63,837 nucleotides of DNA, filler included, from Phoronis australis (GCA_002633005.1; 8 parts of 8 records of this genome joined end to end with filler, not necessarily neighbours in it); one strand, 5' to 3'. Counted from the first letter of the whole stretch, positions 36,454-49,845 are shown. The notes: a model not told the origin generated them from the letters alone. Numbers and translations are program-made.

Positions 36454-37722
36454 AACAAGAGCAACGCAGAGCGTTGAAATGCGCTCACAATTGCAACGCA
36501 TACGGTATCCTTCTAGGGTTGTTTATTGGTACCATAAAGTGGCCAGTAGAGGGCATATATGTAGTATGTTGTACTTTGCAAAATGGAAAGGCATGCTCCT
36601 TGTCTCCTCAATAGGCTAGGGGCAAAATGTGAGTAATCTTCATAATACAAGCACATCCTATACACAAGTTGCTTAAAGCACCACAGAAACATAGAATTAA
36701 AAAGAAATTTACCAACAGGAGATACAGCCATAGGCGCAAAAAAAACTAAACAAAACTGCCACTAGGAGGTGCCACAGTAGTCGAAATCGTCGAAAAATCA
36801 TCGTCAACCGTCCTCTACATAGTAAGCATATACATGCCAATTTTCACAATCATCCTTTGAGCGGTTTGGTTGATAGAGGGGTGGACGCACAAAAACACTC
36901 GAAAACACTAAAAATGGCCACTAGGTGGTGCAAACTATGTCGAATCCATCTGAAAATGGGAGGATAGCGTCATCTCACTAACAGGTGCCTACATACCAAA
37001 TTTCATGAAAATCCAATAAGGACTTGTGAAGATACAAAGGCAAGCGTAAAAAAATTAAAATTGCCACTAGGGGGCACACCGGTAGTCGAATCCGTCCAAA
37101 AGTCGTGATCTTCCGTTGTCAACATCATATAAATATACTTACACAATTTCGTAAAGATCCTGCGAATGGTTTAGGAGATACAACCATCGGCGCAAAAAAA
37201 CAAAACTGCCACTAGGAGGCGCCACAGTAGTCGAAATCGTCGGAAAATCATCGTCAACTGTCCTCTACATAGTAAGCATATTTATGCCAATTTTCACAAT
37301 CATCCTTTGAGCGATTTGGTTGATAGAGGGGTGGACGCACAAAAACAGACTCGAAAACACTAAAAATGGCCACTAGGTGGCGCAAACTATGTCGAATCCA
37401 TCTGAAAACGGCAGGATAGCATCATCTCACTACTAGGTGCTTACATACCAAATTTCATGAAAATCCGTTCAGGACTTTTGAAGATACAATGGTAAGCGTA
37501 AAAAACTAAAATTGCCACTAGGGGGCACACCGGTAGTCGGATCCGTTCGAAAGTTCGCACATGCCGTNATGAATGGAACATATGTGCTAAATTTCATGAA
37601 CGTATGTCAAAGGGTTTTGGAGATAGAGCAGCGGACGCCGGACGGACGCCGCCCGGACGGACGGACGGACGGACAGAGATGACGGCATAATGCGTCCACA
37701 TATAAATATGTGGGCGCATAAA
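36454..37722 (-). mobile_element. Full-length Helentron-associated non-autonomous element, family H2
   Basis: On the minus strand: 5' TTTATGCGCCCACATAT-tt-ATATGTGGACGCAT hairpin, (CCGT)n microsatellite, ~450-bp tandem core with CCACTAG subunits, 3' sub-TIR TGTGAGCGCAT, palindrome CAACGC-tct-GCGTTG and CTCTTGTT. Confidence 0.78.
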
Positions 37723-38082
37723 AAGTAAACCACAAGATGGTATAACACTGCAAAAATCTTACAGTCAATTGTTTTGTTGTATAAATATGTCGCTCAAAGA
37801 AACTGGCAACTGATAGCAACATTGCAGAAATATGTCACTCAAAATACGATGAGTACAACTGCACGATTTTAAGCTCAAGCAAACCACAAGTCCCAAAAAC
37901 ACAACATTTGTTCAACAGTCTCAAGTACGGCTTTAATGCTCACTCAAAGTTTCTAATTCCACAGTGAAATAAAATCATGGAAAAAAAAAACGTGCCTTCA
38001 TTGAAACAGACTGAATAGACGGAATCAAGGAAACTTCTTCTATCTCAACTTTCAACCCGCCAATGAACAGACCGTAACTTAC

Positions 38083-38763
38083 CATCCATACATCGGGAAC
38101 AATCCCGTCCAATTCTGTAGGGAAGACATGCGCACTGGCCAGTGTTGGAGTTACATTTTGTATAAACTTTGGGTGACTGTGTATCTGTAATTCCTCCTAA
38201 GGAACAATTGCACAGTTGGCATCCTATTGGATTGGATGCCGACAGATTCCATGAGTTGCTACTGCACTGATCACAGGCTTTACCCTCTACTCGTACAGGT
38301 CTTTTGGGGTCTAATGACATCTTGCAGGTGCACTGGCCAGTGGTCTTGTTACAGTTGGACGAGCCGTTCACTGTCCCTCTTACGTCGCATCCGCACGACA
38401 GACAACCATCCTGCGTCGAGCCGCCAAAATTGTAGAACCCGTCAAGGCAGACATCGCACTTATCTCCGCCCACATTTCGTTTGCACACACACTGACCGGT
38501 TGTTTTGTTACACGGATAACCTGGAAGAGTGCCTTCAGGATTGCAGTCACATGATAGGCACTTTTTGTCAAAATCGTAGAAGTCATCTGCGCACTCATCA
38601 CAGTGTTGGCCAATGACGTTCGGTATGCATGCGCAACTACCATCGTCACGGTTACAGATGGCGCTGGTTGAACCTTTGGCGTTGCACGCACACTCAGTGC
38701 AACCTTGCGGGTTGGCAATGTCCAGGTTGTAAAACCCAAACTTGCATTGGGTGCATTTACCAA
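38083..38763 (-). CDS. USH2A: Usherin laminin-EGF exon (equivalent of human exon 13), 681 nt, phase 1-1
   Basis: tttcag|TT GGT AAA TGC ... ATG GAT G|gtaagt; GKCTQCKFGFYNLDIANPQGCTECACN...GTLPGYPCNKTTGQCVCKRNV...GTVNGSSNCNKTTGQC...CLPYRIGRDCSRCMDG is colinear with the recalled human USH2A LE repeats. Confidence 0.85.
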
Positions 38764-40110
38764 CTGAAATAGAAAATCAAAACAAATGTCACAGTCAATT
38801 TTGTTTCAACAGGATGGTCCACAGGACGTCACAAAGCCTCACCCCGTGAGAGATTGTCGTGATGCCATCCTAGTTCAGAGTTGTTGGTGACTGAGAGAAA
38901 GAATTTGGAAGCTCATAAAGTGGTCACTACAATCATGGATGGTGACGGCCCTTCACCAAACTTAGTATTTTCTGAGACAGGTGAATAAACTTAAACTGGA
39001 GGCATTATAGCAATACTTGGGATTTGTCTCCAACATTTTACAGTAATTGTTCATCAAATTTGATAGATAATCTGACACAAAAATTAATGAAGTCACAAGG
39101 GGCATAGGAGCAGTTGAACTCATCCAAAAATCAATGTCAGTCACGCTCCGCTTGTAAAAACACGTCTCTCAATTTTGGTGCGGAACTCAAACCAAAATTC
39201 TAAACTTGCTACTATGGGGCACACAACATGACAGAGTTTTAGAAAACTTGCGAGTTGATATCCTTCCTTTATATTAAGAACTCTGTTTCGTAAAGATTCA
39301 TTCCAGGACTTGGCAGATATCAAAGAAAACTAACAAATAAAATTGACACCAGGTGACAGAGCAGTGGGGAAATTTGTTCAAAAGTCTCCATGTTTACAGG
39401 AACACACCTGCCAAATTTCACGCAAAGTATCTGTTAGGGAGCAAGGAGATGCAGCAGCGGATGCTGGTCTGAGATGACTAAAATATGCATTCCACACATG
39501 GATTTGGATGCATAAAAAACAACTGTACCGTGAAGCTATAAGAATCTGACAAGAAAGGGTGTATGCCGACAAAACAGAACCATTATGCAACAATGGCTGA
39601 TAAGAAGCTTAAGAATTTCAGCGAATTTCCACGGACAACTAAAATGGTCAGCTAAAGACAATTTACTGTGCTTATATAATATTAAGTAGTTGTTTAGTTT
39701 GAAATAAATTTCATCTCATTATTAAGATTTTGATGGACTTGCTGCATATATCCATTAGAAGGAAATTACCAATCATATATTTGCTCTCTTAATTCCAACA
39801 CACCTAGAAAACATCACGTTTTTAACAACAACTTCACAGACACATACAAAAAGTCAACGAATCGATAAAGTATAAAATGTTGCAAGCTGACAACTGCTGA
39901 TAGAAGCAAGCGACGTAATTTGACAAACTACTCCATATACATGCGATACAGGATACTGTTGAAAAAGAGAAACAGGTTTTGTGTAAAATTAATGATACTG
40001 ACAAAAGCAGACGACAAACCCGTTAGCAGCCAATCGAAGCTTGGGAACTTAAAATCTTGGCTGCAAGGAATTAAAGCTACATAAATATTTTACACTTAAC
40101 CCACACTCAC

Positions 40111-40306
40111 GTATAACATTCAACTTGCACTCGCAGTTGCCTGAAAAAGCGTCACAAGTTACAGAGCCTCCAACAGTTCCGGCAACGTTACATCCGCAGG
40201 CCTGACAACCACTGGGGTTGGAGCCCTGCAGTTGGAAAAATCCGTCAACGCATTGGCTGCACGTCCGACCGGTCACATTACTCTTGCACTGGCACTGACC
40301 GTTCAC
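40111..40306 (-). CDS. USH2A: Usherin laminin-EGF exon (equivalent of human exon 12), 196 nt
   Basis: tttcag|GTG AAC GGT CAG...GTT ATA C|gtgagt; VNGQCQCKSNVTGRTCSQCVDGFFQLQGSNPSGCQACGCNVAGTVGGSVTCDAFSGNCECKLNVI; splices in frame to 38763. Confidence 0.85.
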
Positions 40307-40726
40307 CTGAAAATGAAACAATGTTTCATTTCAACCTTTACGTTTAGTAAACATTACTAACTTTTTTAGGTATACCACTGACTGTTCTTTGTACTTGCTC
40401 AAAGTAAAAATGAATTAAAAGCTCGTTAATAAGAGGCCTTGCCCAGGTCAAAGCAACTCACTGAGTCTTGTCTCAAGCATGACATGTATACATATATCTT
40501 TTTCAGTGAGGCGTGGAAATATGTTGCGAACATTTTGTTCCGTCAGCACGCCATCTTTTTGGTCATATCATGTGACCTAATGAATATAAGTCCAAAAAGA
40601 TTTCTGCCCCTGACCGGCCCCGCAATAATGACATGTCACAGGGCTTGGAATGACCAATGACAAAAAACACGGAAACTTTGAAACTTTTACGGCCCAAATC
40701 ATGCCCGATAACCAGCCTTGAAAAGT

Positions 40727-41533
40727 TGATAGAGGGGTGGACGCAAAAATACAGACTCGAAAACAGTATAAAAATGGCCACTAGGTGGCGCAAACTATGT
40801 CGAATCCATCTGAAAACGGCAGGATAGCATCATCTCACTAATAGGTGCCTACATACCAAATTTCATGAAAATCCGTTCAGGACTTTTGAAGATACAAAGG
40901 TAAGCATAAAAAATTAAAATTGCCACTAGGGGGCACACCGGTAGTCGGGTACGTCCAAAAGTCGTCATCTTCCATTGTTAACATCATATAAATATACTTA
41001 CACAATTTCGTAAAAATCCTGCGACCGGTTTAGGAGATACAGCCATGGGCGCAAAAAAAAAACTGCCACTAGGAGACGCCACAGTAGTCAAAGTCGTCGG
41101 AAAATCATCGTCAACTGTCTTCATCATAGTACGAACATACATGCCAATTTTCACAATCATCCTTAGAGTGGTTTGGTTGTTACAGGTGTGGATGCCAAAA
41201 AAACGACTCGTAAATAGTAAAAATGGCCACTAGATGGCGCAAAATGTCTCAAATCCATCCGAGAACGGAAGAATAGCGTCAACTCATTAATAGAAGTCTA
41301 TGTACCAAATTTCCTGAAAATCGGTTGAGGACCTTTGAAGATACAGAGGCGAACATAAAAAACAAAAATTCCCACTAGAGGGCAAAGCGGTACTTGGGTC
41401 ATTCCGAAACTTGTCACCCTCTGTCGTCAACCTCATAGGAACATACCTGCCAAATTTCAATAAGATCCTGCGAGGGGTTTAGGAGATACAGCCGCGGACG
41501 CCCAGACAGAGATGACGGCAATATGCGACCACA
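40727..41533 (-). mobile_element. Second, truncated copy of family H2 element
   Basis: CCACTAG-core units closely similar to 36870-37700; ends GACAGAGATGACGGCAATATGCGACCACA at the contig break. Confidence 0.8.
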
Positions 41534-44500
41534 NNNNNNNNNNNNNNNNNNNNNNNNNNNNNNNNNNNNNNNNNNNNTTAATTAATTAANNNNNNNNNNN
41601 NNNNNNNNNNNNNNNNNNNNNNNNNNNNNNNNNACAAGTCTGATCTTCATGCTCTTGTAATAACCACTAAAAATCTAAATCAACGTAGAATTTTCTGGCG
41701 GAACACGAATGTTTTCAACAATGAACTTTCAACCTTTCAGAGCAGGTACATTGTTTGTGGACACTATGAGTATACCCCAAAAACAATGGACAAAATCATG
41801 GTGATTGACCGCAAACATTATTGATTATTGACCAGATATCTGAGTGAGAAATGGAATACCAAGAGATGACATGTCCTGACCGGCAGACAGTATTTTGTCC
41901 TATTGTTTTTGGTAGGGCTGTACTTTCTGCAGTTTTTGTCTAGAAGGAAACCTGCATGTGAAGACTAAGTGTCTTAACTTACAAGCATGTTACATGTGCA
42001 TGCTATATTGGAACCTACTTACATACTTGCTGCTTGTCACTGATGAGTTCTTGAGCTTAAATTTTCAGCAAATAGTTTGTTACTTATACCAATTTGTTAA
42101 TTTCATCGAAACTCTTATTCCACAGATTCAACAATGTGATAAGAATTATTGATTTTTACAGATACTTTTTCACTTCTAACAAAGAAAAAAATAACAAAAT
42201 TATAAGACTTGAATTGAATTGTTTCATTGCCAAAATAGCTGAATTTTCCGTTTCAAATACCTCCTTCAAGTTGTCGATAGCACAAAATGGAAAACAACAA
42301 AAATCCTTTCTTGTCTTAAGTTGGAGAAAGCATTGTGTCATTTTAAAATCATGCAACCTTTAGGAAACAACTTGATGAGGGTTTGTTAGTATGGCCTATT
42401 TTCAGATCCCAGCCAACTGTTTCAATTTTATGTTCATATACATGTTGTTTCTGTGTCACCTATGGCATCTCTTGGCTTCTTCACTAAGTTGTTTACTCCT
42501 GCGTTACTGAAATTCAGAAATGGACAAAACATGCTTGTAACATTTCCATCTATCTGCCCCTTCAGTGCTTGGCTGTCTTAAAGTACAAATTCCATGAACA
42601 ATGCTAATAAAATAAGCATTTTTCTGGCTCACTAATTCTTTAAGCACCATGACCCATACTGGCTTCTGTTCATTTTGAGCGTTTTTCTTCTCAGTACTTT
42701 TGTTAGACAAATTACCCTTTTCACTAGTTGGTAGAGTTCATTTTTAAAAACTGGACATATCTTCCATTGCTAGCTAATGATAAGATAATAAACACTACCA
42801 TATGTCATCATTGTTGCATGGAAAGAATTGAGAGTGGGGCAGAGACAGGTAATTCACCCACTACAAATGGGTTGAATGTTGTGGTTAAGTTCATGTGATC
42901 ATTAATTATGAAAGTATAAGCCAATTCAGATATATTAAAATAGTTACTTCTCAAAACAAGGCATTTCATAGCTTAACAGTCAAAGTGTTAATAATTGAAT
43001 AACAATCATTTTTAACATCTGGAGAAGGGAAACAAAAATTCATTGGAAAAATTTTCCACCTTCCCTGCTGCAATGATGGCTGAAGTGTAGGTCACCAAAC
43101 TAAAAAGTGCCTGGTAATTTCTGTGTATCTTTCTACATTTTAAAAATAGAAATTATTCATTGCATGTTATTCGCTAAGGTTAGGAATATCCTTATGGATT
43201 GATGTGAAGTCACACAGTTAAAGCACAAGCATTGCCTTGTCCGTTAAAGGTTAAACAACTACACATTACGGCGTTTTCCCATTGCAATCACCTTATTCGA
43301 TTCTATAGCCCAACAAAAAGTTGGGAAGAACGCCTCTGTAGCCAAAATCTTACACAACCGATTAACTCCATTCTGGCATTTATGGTTGGAGGGTCAGCTC
43401 TCTTTTGTTCGACAATTGCTTTAATCTCCTCAAATCTAGCCTGACTGGGCTGCCAAAAATAAAAGTTATGTTATAACATATTTGAACATAAACCAATAGC
43501 CTTTCTGAAATCCTCGTCAAATGGTGATCATGTTTAGTTTTTGAATTGCCAAAATCACCCTTTTACAACCAAAGTTACGACAACCTATTCTTTCCGAATG
43601 TACCAATTCGCTCTGGGTTTGACTGTGTTCACACCTGGTCTGTAATGGGCCTGGTAGATAATTGGCCTGTCTGTTGTCATACTAGACAAAACACCGTGCT
43701 TGGCAGTTAACAAAGAAGCTAAATGTTATCACATGCTCACAACCCTCTACGTCTGGTAAAGTCACTGAACGGAAAAACGCCTTCATGAGAATTACTTCAT
43801 TACAAGCCAAATGTATTGTGACAAAATTACACAGATTTCCCCCATCACTGCTGGTGTAGTCTTCTGTAATGCCTAAGAATGAAAGGTAGTTGGTAAGGAA
43901 GTTAGTAAGGTGGTTAAGCCATTCTGCAATTAGAATTTAGGCCTCATGTTAGTCATTACCAGCAATCTTTGCTTTTCACAGACTTCACTGAAATGATGGA
44001 AACAGTATTTTGTCTAATTATTTTTGTCTTGTATTGTGTATTGTGTACTATTATGCATCATTATGTTGTACTGGTTTAAAATCACCTTTCTTTTGTTATC
44101 AGCAGTCGCAAGAAGAGGTAGGACCCACATAATACCAGAATTATCACATATTTCAACTTCAGTCTTCTTACAATAGTCTTATTCACTTTCTGATCTCTAG
44201 ATGTGTCCTCAACAAATTTCTGTTCTTTCACATCGTACCGATTCCATTAGATATTCATAAAAGTTGTAGCAATGCGGTTCGTGAGTGAAAAATCCAGGAC
44301 CCAGGGTCTACTATTTGTACTCGAAATCGAACTCAAAATTATTTATTACGTTGGGGTTCTATGAACTTAAAATAAGGGTCTATTTGCATATTCTAAAGAT
44401 TACAGTTTACCCATGAGGGTCTAGTTCATTCTTGATGAGAGCATCGTTCGTGACATAACCAGATTTATCGTTTCCTGCATCAGACTGTTTCAGCCAAGAA

Positions 44501-44962
44501 GCTTCAGCCCTCCCCAGAGGGATGCATTGAATTAACCAAGCGTTATTAACAGGGTTGTAATTGGCAGTTCATTTGAACAGCTTGGCTTCTCACTGCATTG
44601 TCAAATTCAATTGACTTCAGGTGCTTCTCTGGATAGGCAAAGTAATGATCATGCCGATTATCATTTATAAATTAGTGCTTGGTAAAGGGTATGGTATTGT
44701 AGTGAGTGGCAAGGATAAACTTTGTAAACCAGCATTCCTGAAATGTTTGAACTAAAAGCTCTGTAAAAACTTGAGACTTAGTTCAGCCTCGAACCTAAAG
44801 TTTCAATGTCAGTGTCATCAAATACAAACTATTAGGCATAGAGTATACTGAACATATAATANNNNNNNNNNNNNNNNNNNNNNNNNNNNNNNNNNNNNNN
44901 NNNNNTTAATTAATTAANNNNNNNNNNNNNNNNNNNNNNNNNNNNNNNNNNNNNNNNNNNNC

Positions 44963-45118
44963 CCCCACACACGTTCTCCCTAGGCCCGTCGAGGTCAAGG
45001 ACGGTTACGGAAATTGCCGGTGAGTTACGGAAGTAGCAACATCGTGACTTTACGCGACAAAGCGGCAATTTCCGTACCGTCCTTGACCTCGACGGGCCTA
45101 GGGAGAACGTGTGTGGGG
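44963..45118. repeat. 156-bp foldback (56-57-bp near-perfect inverted arms), MITE-like
   Basis: 44963-45019 is the reverse complement of 45063-45118 except for one indel. Confidence 0.9.
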
Positions 45119-45989
45119 TTTTTTTGTGAATATTTTTGTTCTTTGACTGCGAATTTTTTACGAAGTCGCCGTAACAGGACACCGTGAATGGTATTGGGAG
45201 AAAGAACAATTCTTCATGGTTTGTTGAACCCGTTTTGTGCAAATTTATTGAGTTTTATGTTTGCTATGGACGGCTGAAGTGAAGCACCCGTGGAATTTCA
45301 AGTCCGAAGTGTCATACCTTGTAGTATTATATGTAGTGTATTGGGGACGATCAGAAGCTGAGGACGCCTGTGTGTGTAGCTGTATTTTGACAAGTCATAC
45401 AGCTAGCTGGCTGGCAACAAATTTACCCAGTACCCTGGGGGTGTTTTAGACTGAAAAGTGGCATGCACCATTCTAGCCATGCTTTACACCCTGCGCCAAA
45501 TTTCATAAAAATCTGACAAGAGTTTTTGAGACATCGAGCGGACAGCTAGACAACCGGAAAACCGTAGCCTACAACCCCGTACAAACTGACAGCATGCGAC
45601 CACAAATGTACACGTGGGAGCATGAAAAAAAAACATCCAGAGCAAGTGCGAACTTAATATCTCATTAGATTGAATTTAATTTAAGACCTACATTCTGATG
45701 TCAAATGCTCAAGCAAATAAACAGGAAAACAATCGATCAATCTTCGAACTTCTGGAACTTGAATTCTTTCAATAACACACCCATGTGGTTTCTCTCGCAG
45801 GTAGGAATAATTAATATATCAAAAGCTATTCTAAAAGATCCCGATTTGAGGAAGTTGAGGCTCATTTCAGGAAAAATTAATAATTCATTGTGTAAAATCA
45901 GTTCTTTGTTTCACTGTAGAGAAAAGAGGTCCTTATAATTATACAAGTATTCAATACTAAGGACCTATTTAAACTAAGGAAAAAGAAAA

Positions 45990-46105
45990 ATGGCGGCGAA
46001 CACGGAGGTCGACTGGACCTCCTGTGTTAAGCCGCTTGTGGCGGCTTCTTATTCGGCTTTGAATAAGGGCGACTTGCCAGTGATAATAGAATTTATTATT
46101 AAAAG
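45990..46105 (+). CDS. UBR4: UBR4 coding exon 1
   Basis: AAAATGGCGGCG start; MAANTEVDWTSCVKPLVAASYSALNKGDLPVIIEFIIK; AG|gtatgg. Confidence 0.9.
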
Positions 46106-47957
46106 GTATGGTTTTGTAATGTTTGATGCGGAACTCGTTAAAAATGCAAAATTGCCCATTACGTGACCAGGATGACACTGCTAGTACTGGCGAGTTCTAA
46201 TCTGACTGACTATGTCATAGATTATGATCTCTGCCAGCACAGTTAGAGAGTACAGGGAAATCCTGACTGAGATAATCGTAGTTGACAACATACGCAATTG
46301 AAAAATGAGATATCTGGATCTAGGCCATATTACATGGGGCAAATATCCACAGCAACTCCCCAATGCGGACCGCGTTGCCGTTAATCGTCGACAAGGGCGG
46401 CAAAGTTTAGGGCCAAGGCTTATCGCTTATGCCACGGTAGCCAGCCAGCTAGCTGTATGAAGACTATCGTCAAAATAAAGCTGGGTACCACTTCGTGTTG
46501 AGTGCCGACAGACCTCAAAATTACACACAGCCAGAGTAGTTCTGCTCGTCACCGTGCCCTGAAACTTGTATCAACACGTGGAGCTGAAGATGGGACTTGT
46601 GCATGCAAAATATATAGTGTGAATCAACCGTCATTTTCTTTCGTAATTCCTAGCCTTTTGTAACAATGAAAAATATTTAGTCGGGAAAACAGTACGCTTG
46701 TGTCACGCGCACGTGCCATTTCCTAAAATTTTGCGACATCTCTCAGGAGATGATGACAGGTTTGCAGCAGCAAAATTGATTCTGAAATTCGGTTTGCTGG
46801 TATTAAAATACTAAAAGCTTGTAACTAAATGAAACCAGTTCCAATAATTTGTTGTGACATCTATGCAACCTCGTGTATGAAGATTGATTGAAAAATCGGC
46901 GAAAAATGAAACTGTCTAGACAGTGCCACCATCTCTACGTAGTAGTTGAGATGGTGATGCTCCCATACCACCTTTATACACTGGAAACATTTCAGCAAAT
47001 TATGCCTTATGCTCACTGGGGCCCTTGTGGTACTGCAAAGCAAAATACAAATCTCATCAGGAAAAATTGAAGAGAGTCAAATGTTATCGTTAGACGCCGA
47101 TGTAATTTACCCTACAAGTCGGCCAAGTAAGCCAGTTTTTGCTATTTAACTGACAAGTCGGCCAAATGCAATTAGTTTTGCTATATTTACCTGACGAGGT
47201 ATTCAATAATCTCATTGATTGACTGTAGAACGTCACAGATTGTCGGTCAATTTGGTATTCAGCAAGACACGTTTTTCGGTCGGTACTACAGTGAGAAGTT
47301 TGTCCAGATACTATTTTAACGCATCAAGTTGTCAAAGTTGTTGTTTTGAAGATGGAAACGAAAGAAGCGTACGAATATCCCCATAATTCATATCACTTGG
47401 TTAATGAGTTATTGAATTTTCGTTGATAAATTATACAATCAACTGCGTGGCCCCACTTTTCTGTTTAAAAGTCTAAGCAATCAAGGTTGTCACGATCATC
47501 TTTAAATTGTCCTATGAATTGTTTGAATTCGACAATGTCATGTGCTTTGTCCAGCTGTGCTTGGTATAGTAAATCTAAGCGGCCATTTCATCCCAGTCAT
47601 GGTGCCTGTGAAAATATTTTCTTTGTGAATTGTCGGGTCTTGTTTCGTAATCATGTGTAAAAGTTTTTGGGGTGAGTAGCAAAAATTGTGTATTTGGCCT
47701 ACAAGGTTGTTGGGTGGGATCGATTGTCCAATGAGCTCTCTGAAAAGTTTGTTGATGAAAGGGCAAAAATCGACTTATTTGGCTGACTTGTTGCGTAATT
47801 AATCACTTTCACCTTTAGACATGAAATTTATGCAACTTTTTGAATTTTTGAAATTGGGCAAGTTTTCTCTATTACTGCTTTATTCACACAGATACTACTT
47901 TTGTGTTGGTCGTGCTCATTTGGTGTCAACATCTTGTCTCACTGTCTTGTGTTGTAG

Positions 47958-48055
47958 TGCCAAAGACATCCTTCTACATGACCGTGACTTGGAGCCGTTC
48001 TACTCGTCCTATGTGGCGCTCACCTCTCACTACCTGTGTGCCAGCATATCACAGT
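47958..48055 (+). CDS. UBR4: UBR4 exon 2
   Basis: ttgtag|T GCC...CAG T|gtgagt; AKDILLHDRDLEPFYSSYVALTSHYLCASISQ. Confidence 0.92.
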
Positions 48056-48741
48056 GTGAGTATCTAGTGCTGGTAATGTTATGATCATGTCTATGTCATT
48101 ATAAAGTTAGTGGGTTGTCTTCCCTTACACGAGACTTTTGCGGACAGAAATCTTGGGTTATAGAACATCAACTGTGAGTTTAGTGCCCTAATTCAATGTT
48201 TCAGCCGCAAATGTTAAAGTTGCATTGTCTCATTAAATTGTGAATATGCAAATGAAGTACTAATTTACAAACCGCGGGTCTCCCAGTGTGCCAGAAACCA
48301 TTCAAGAGCCGGTTATAATATGCGATCTCGCGAAAGTCTGCGAAACAATTTTTATGTAAATGAGTATGGTAATACTTCATCATGGCAGACGAAGCCCCAA
48401 TGCCGGCCAACAGAATAAAGAAGGTGTGTAATTTCATTTTCCATCACCTTGGACAATATTCAACACCATGCCACTTTGCGTGTCTATGTACTTGTTCACA
48501 CATCTCATACACATTTCTTAGGATGACTTGGGAATCCCTGGGAAACCCCCACAGCATTATCGTTACCCTAATAAAACAAGGCACAGTTTTTATATCTTTT
48601 TATTACACCATGAAATAACGGTTGCTCAATATCTAGAATTGCTAGAGATTTTTATAGGTCACACATCTTCTTAAATGTATTTGTTGTGGTATTTTCTTTA
48701 AAGCCACAATTTATTTACAAGTTGTTTGTTTTCCTTAATAT

Positions 48742-48999
48742 ACGTGTACAAGCAGTTCTCCAGGAAGTCACAAATATTTAAAAATATTCACGATTTTGAT
48801 GAGACACGTGTACACACAGTTCTCCAGGAAGTCACAAATATTTGAAGATATTCATGATTTTAATGAGGCACGTGTACAAACAGTTCTCTAGGAAGTCACA
48901 AATATTTAAAAATATTCACGATTTTATTGAGACACGTGTATACACAGTTCTCCAGGAAGTCACAAATATTTGAAAATATTCACGATTTTAATGAGACAC
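48742..48999. repeat. 64-bp minisatellite x4 (UBR4 intron 2)
   Basis: ACGTGTA...CAGTTCTCCAGGAAGTCACAAATATTT at 48742, 48806, 48870 and 48934. Confidence 0.93.
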
Positions 49000-49179
49000 A
49001 GCATCTTTAGTGGCGGCCATTTTGGTATCCGCAGTAAGGTCTAGAGATTGCAGTCACTTTCCACTCGCGTGATTTTGTGTGGTCTTGTGTGAGAGAAACT
49101 CACTTTTTGCAATGTACCCTTGGTATTGGCTTGTTGTTTACATTAGAGACATTATCCTGTTTTGGGAAAAACTGATAGT

Positions 49180-49558
49180 TGGTAATAACTAATTGCTGTA
49201 GTCACCACATGGTTGGACTCTATCCAAGTTATTGAACGGAAAGTTAGTTATGACTCGTGGCTGTAGTCAGCGCATGGTCAAACTGATGCCAACTTGTTGA
49301 ACTTATGGTTGGTTATGACTCGTGGCTGTAGTCAGCTCATGGTTGGACTCTAGCCAACTTATTGAACAGAAAGTTAGTTATGACTCGTGGCTGTAGTCAG
49401 CGCATGGTTGGACTCTAGCCAACTTATTGAACAGAAAGTTAGTTATGACTCGTGGCTGTAGTCAGCGCATGGTCAAACTGATGCCAACTTGTTGATCTTA
49501 TGGTTGATTATGACTCGTGGCTGTAGTCATGGATGGACTCTAGCCAACTCATTGAACT
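49180..49558. repeat. 65-bp minisatellite, ~6 copies, two unit variants
   Basis: TGACTCGTGGCTGTAGTCA at 49251, 49316, 49381, 49446 and 49511. Confidence 0.93.
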
Positions 49559-49845
49559 TGGTCTTCACCAGTAACTATTGGTGGACAGTGCATGAAGCAT
49601 AATACAGGCAGTTTGTATGCATCAGTGGTTGTGATCAACTCACTTCCTACAGAAACATTCTGGTTATATCGTGTGAGATATTTGTTGGCAACACCGGGCC
49701 TCACACCTTCTTATTCCACTCGTAACTTTGGAGATGGGACTGTTTAACTGTGCACATAATGGATTCACCGCAATGCTCGTGTCACTGATGGAAGTACGAT
49801 TTTGTCGAAATTTGATGGCATAACATCTCATAGCCTTGTTTTCAG

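Noticed and set aside
25798-40306. CFAP20DC-USH2A ciliary gene cluster
   Set aside because: The genes are separated by artificial spacers, so adjacency is not biological evidence.
41634-44861. Short ORFs in contig 5
   Set aside because: AT-rich, no coherent exon or repeat structure that I can support.
48742-49558. CRISPR-like regular repeats (also 5369-5620)
   Set aside because: Units are contiguous with no unique spacers; eukaryotic intron context; no cas genes.
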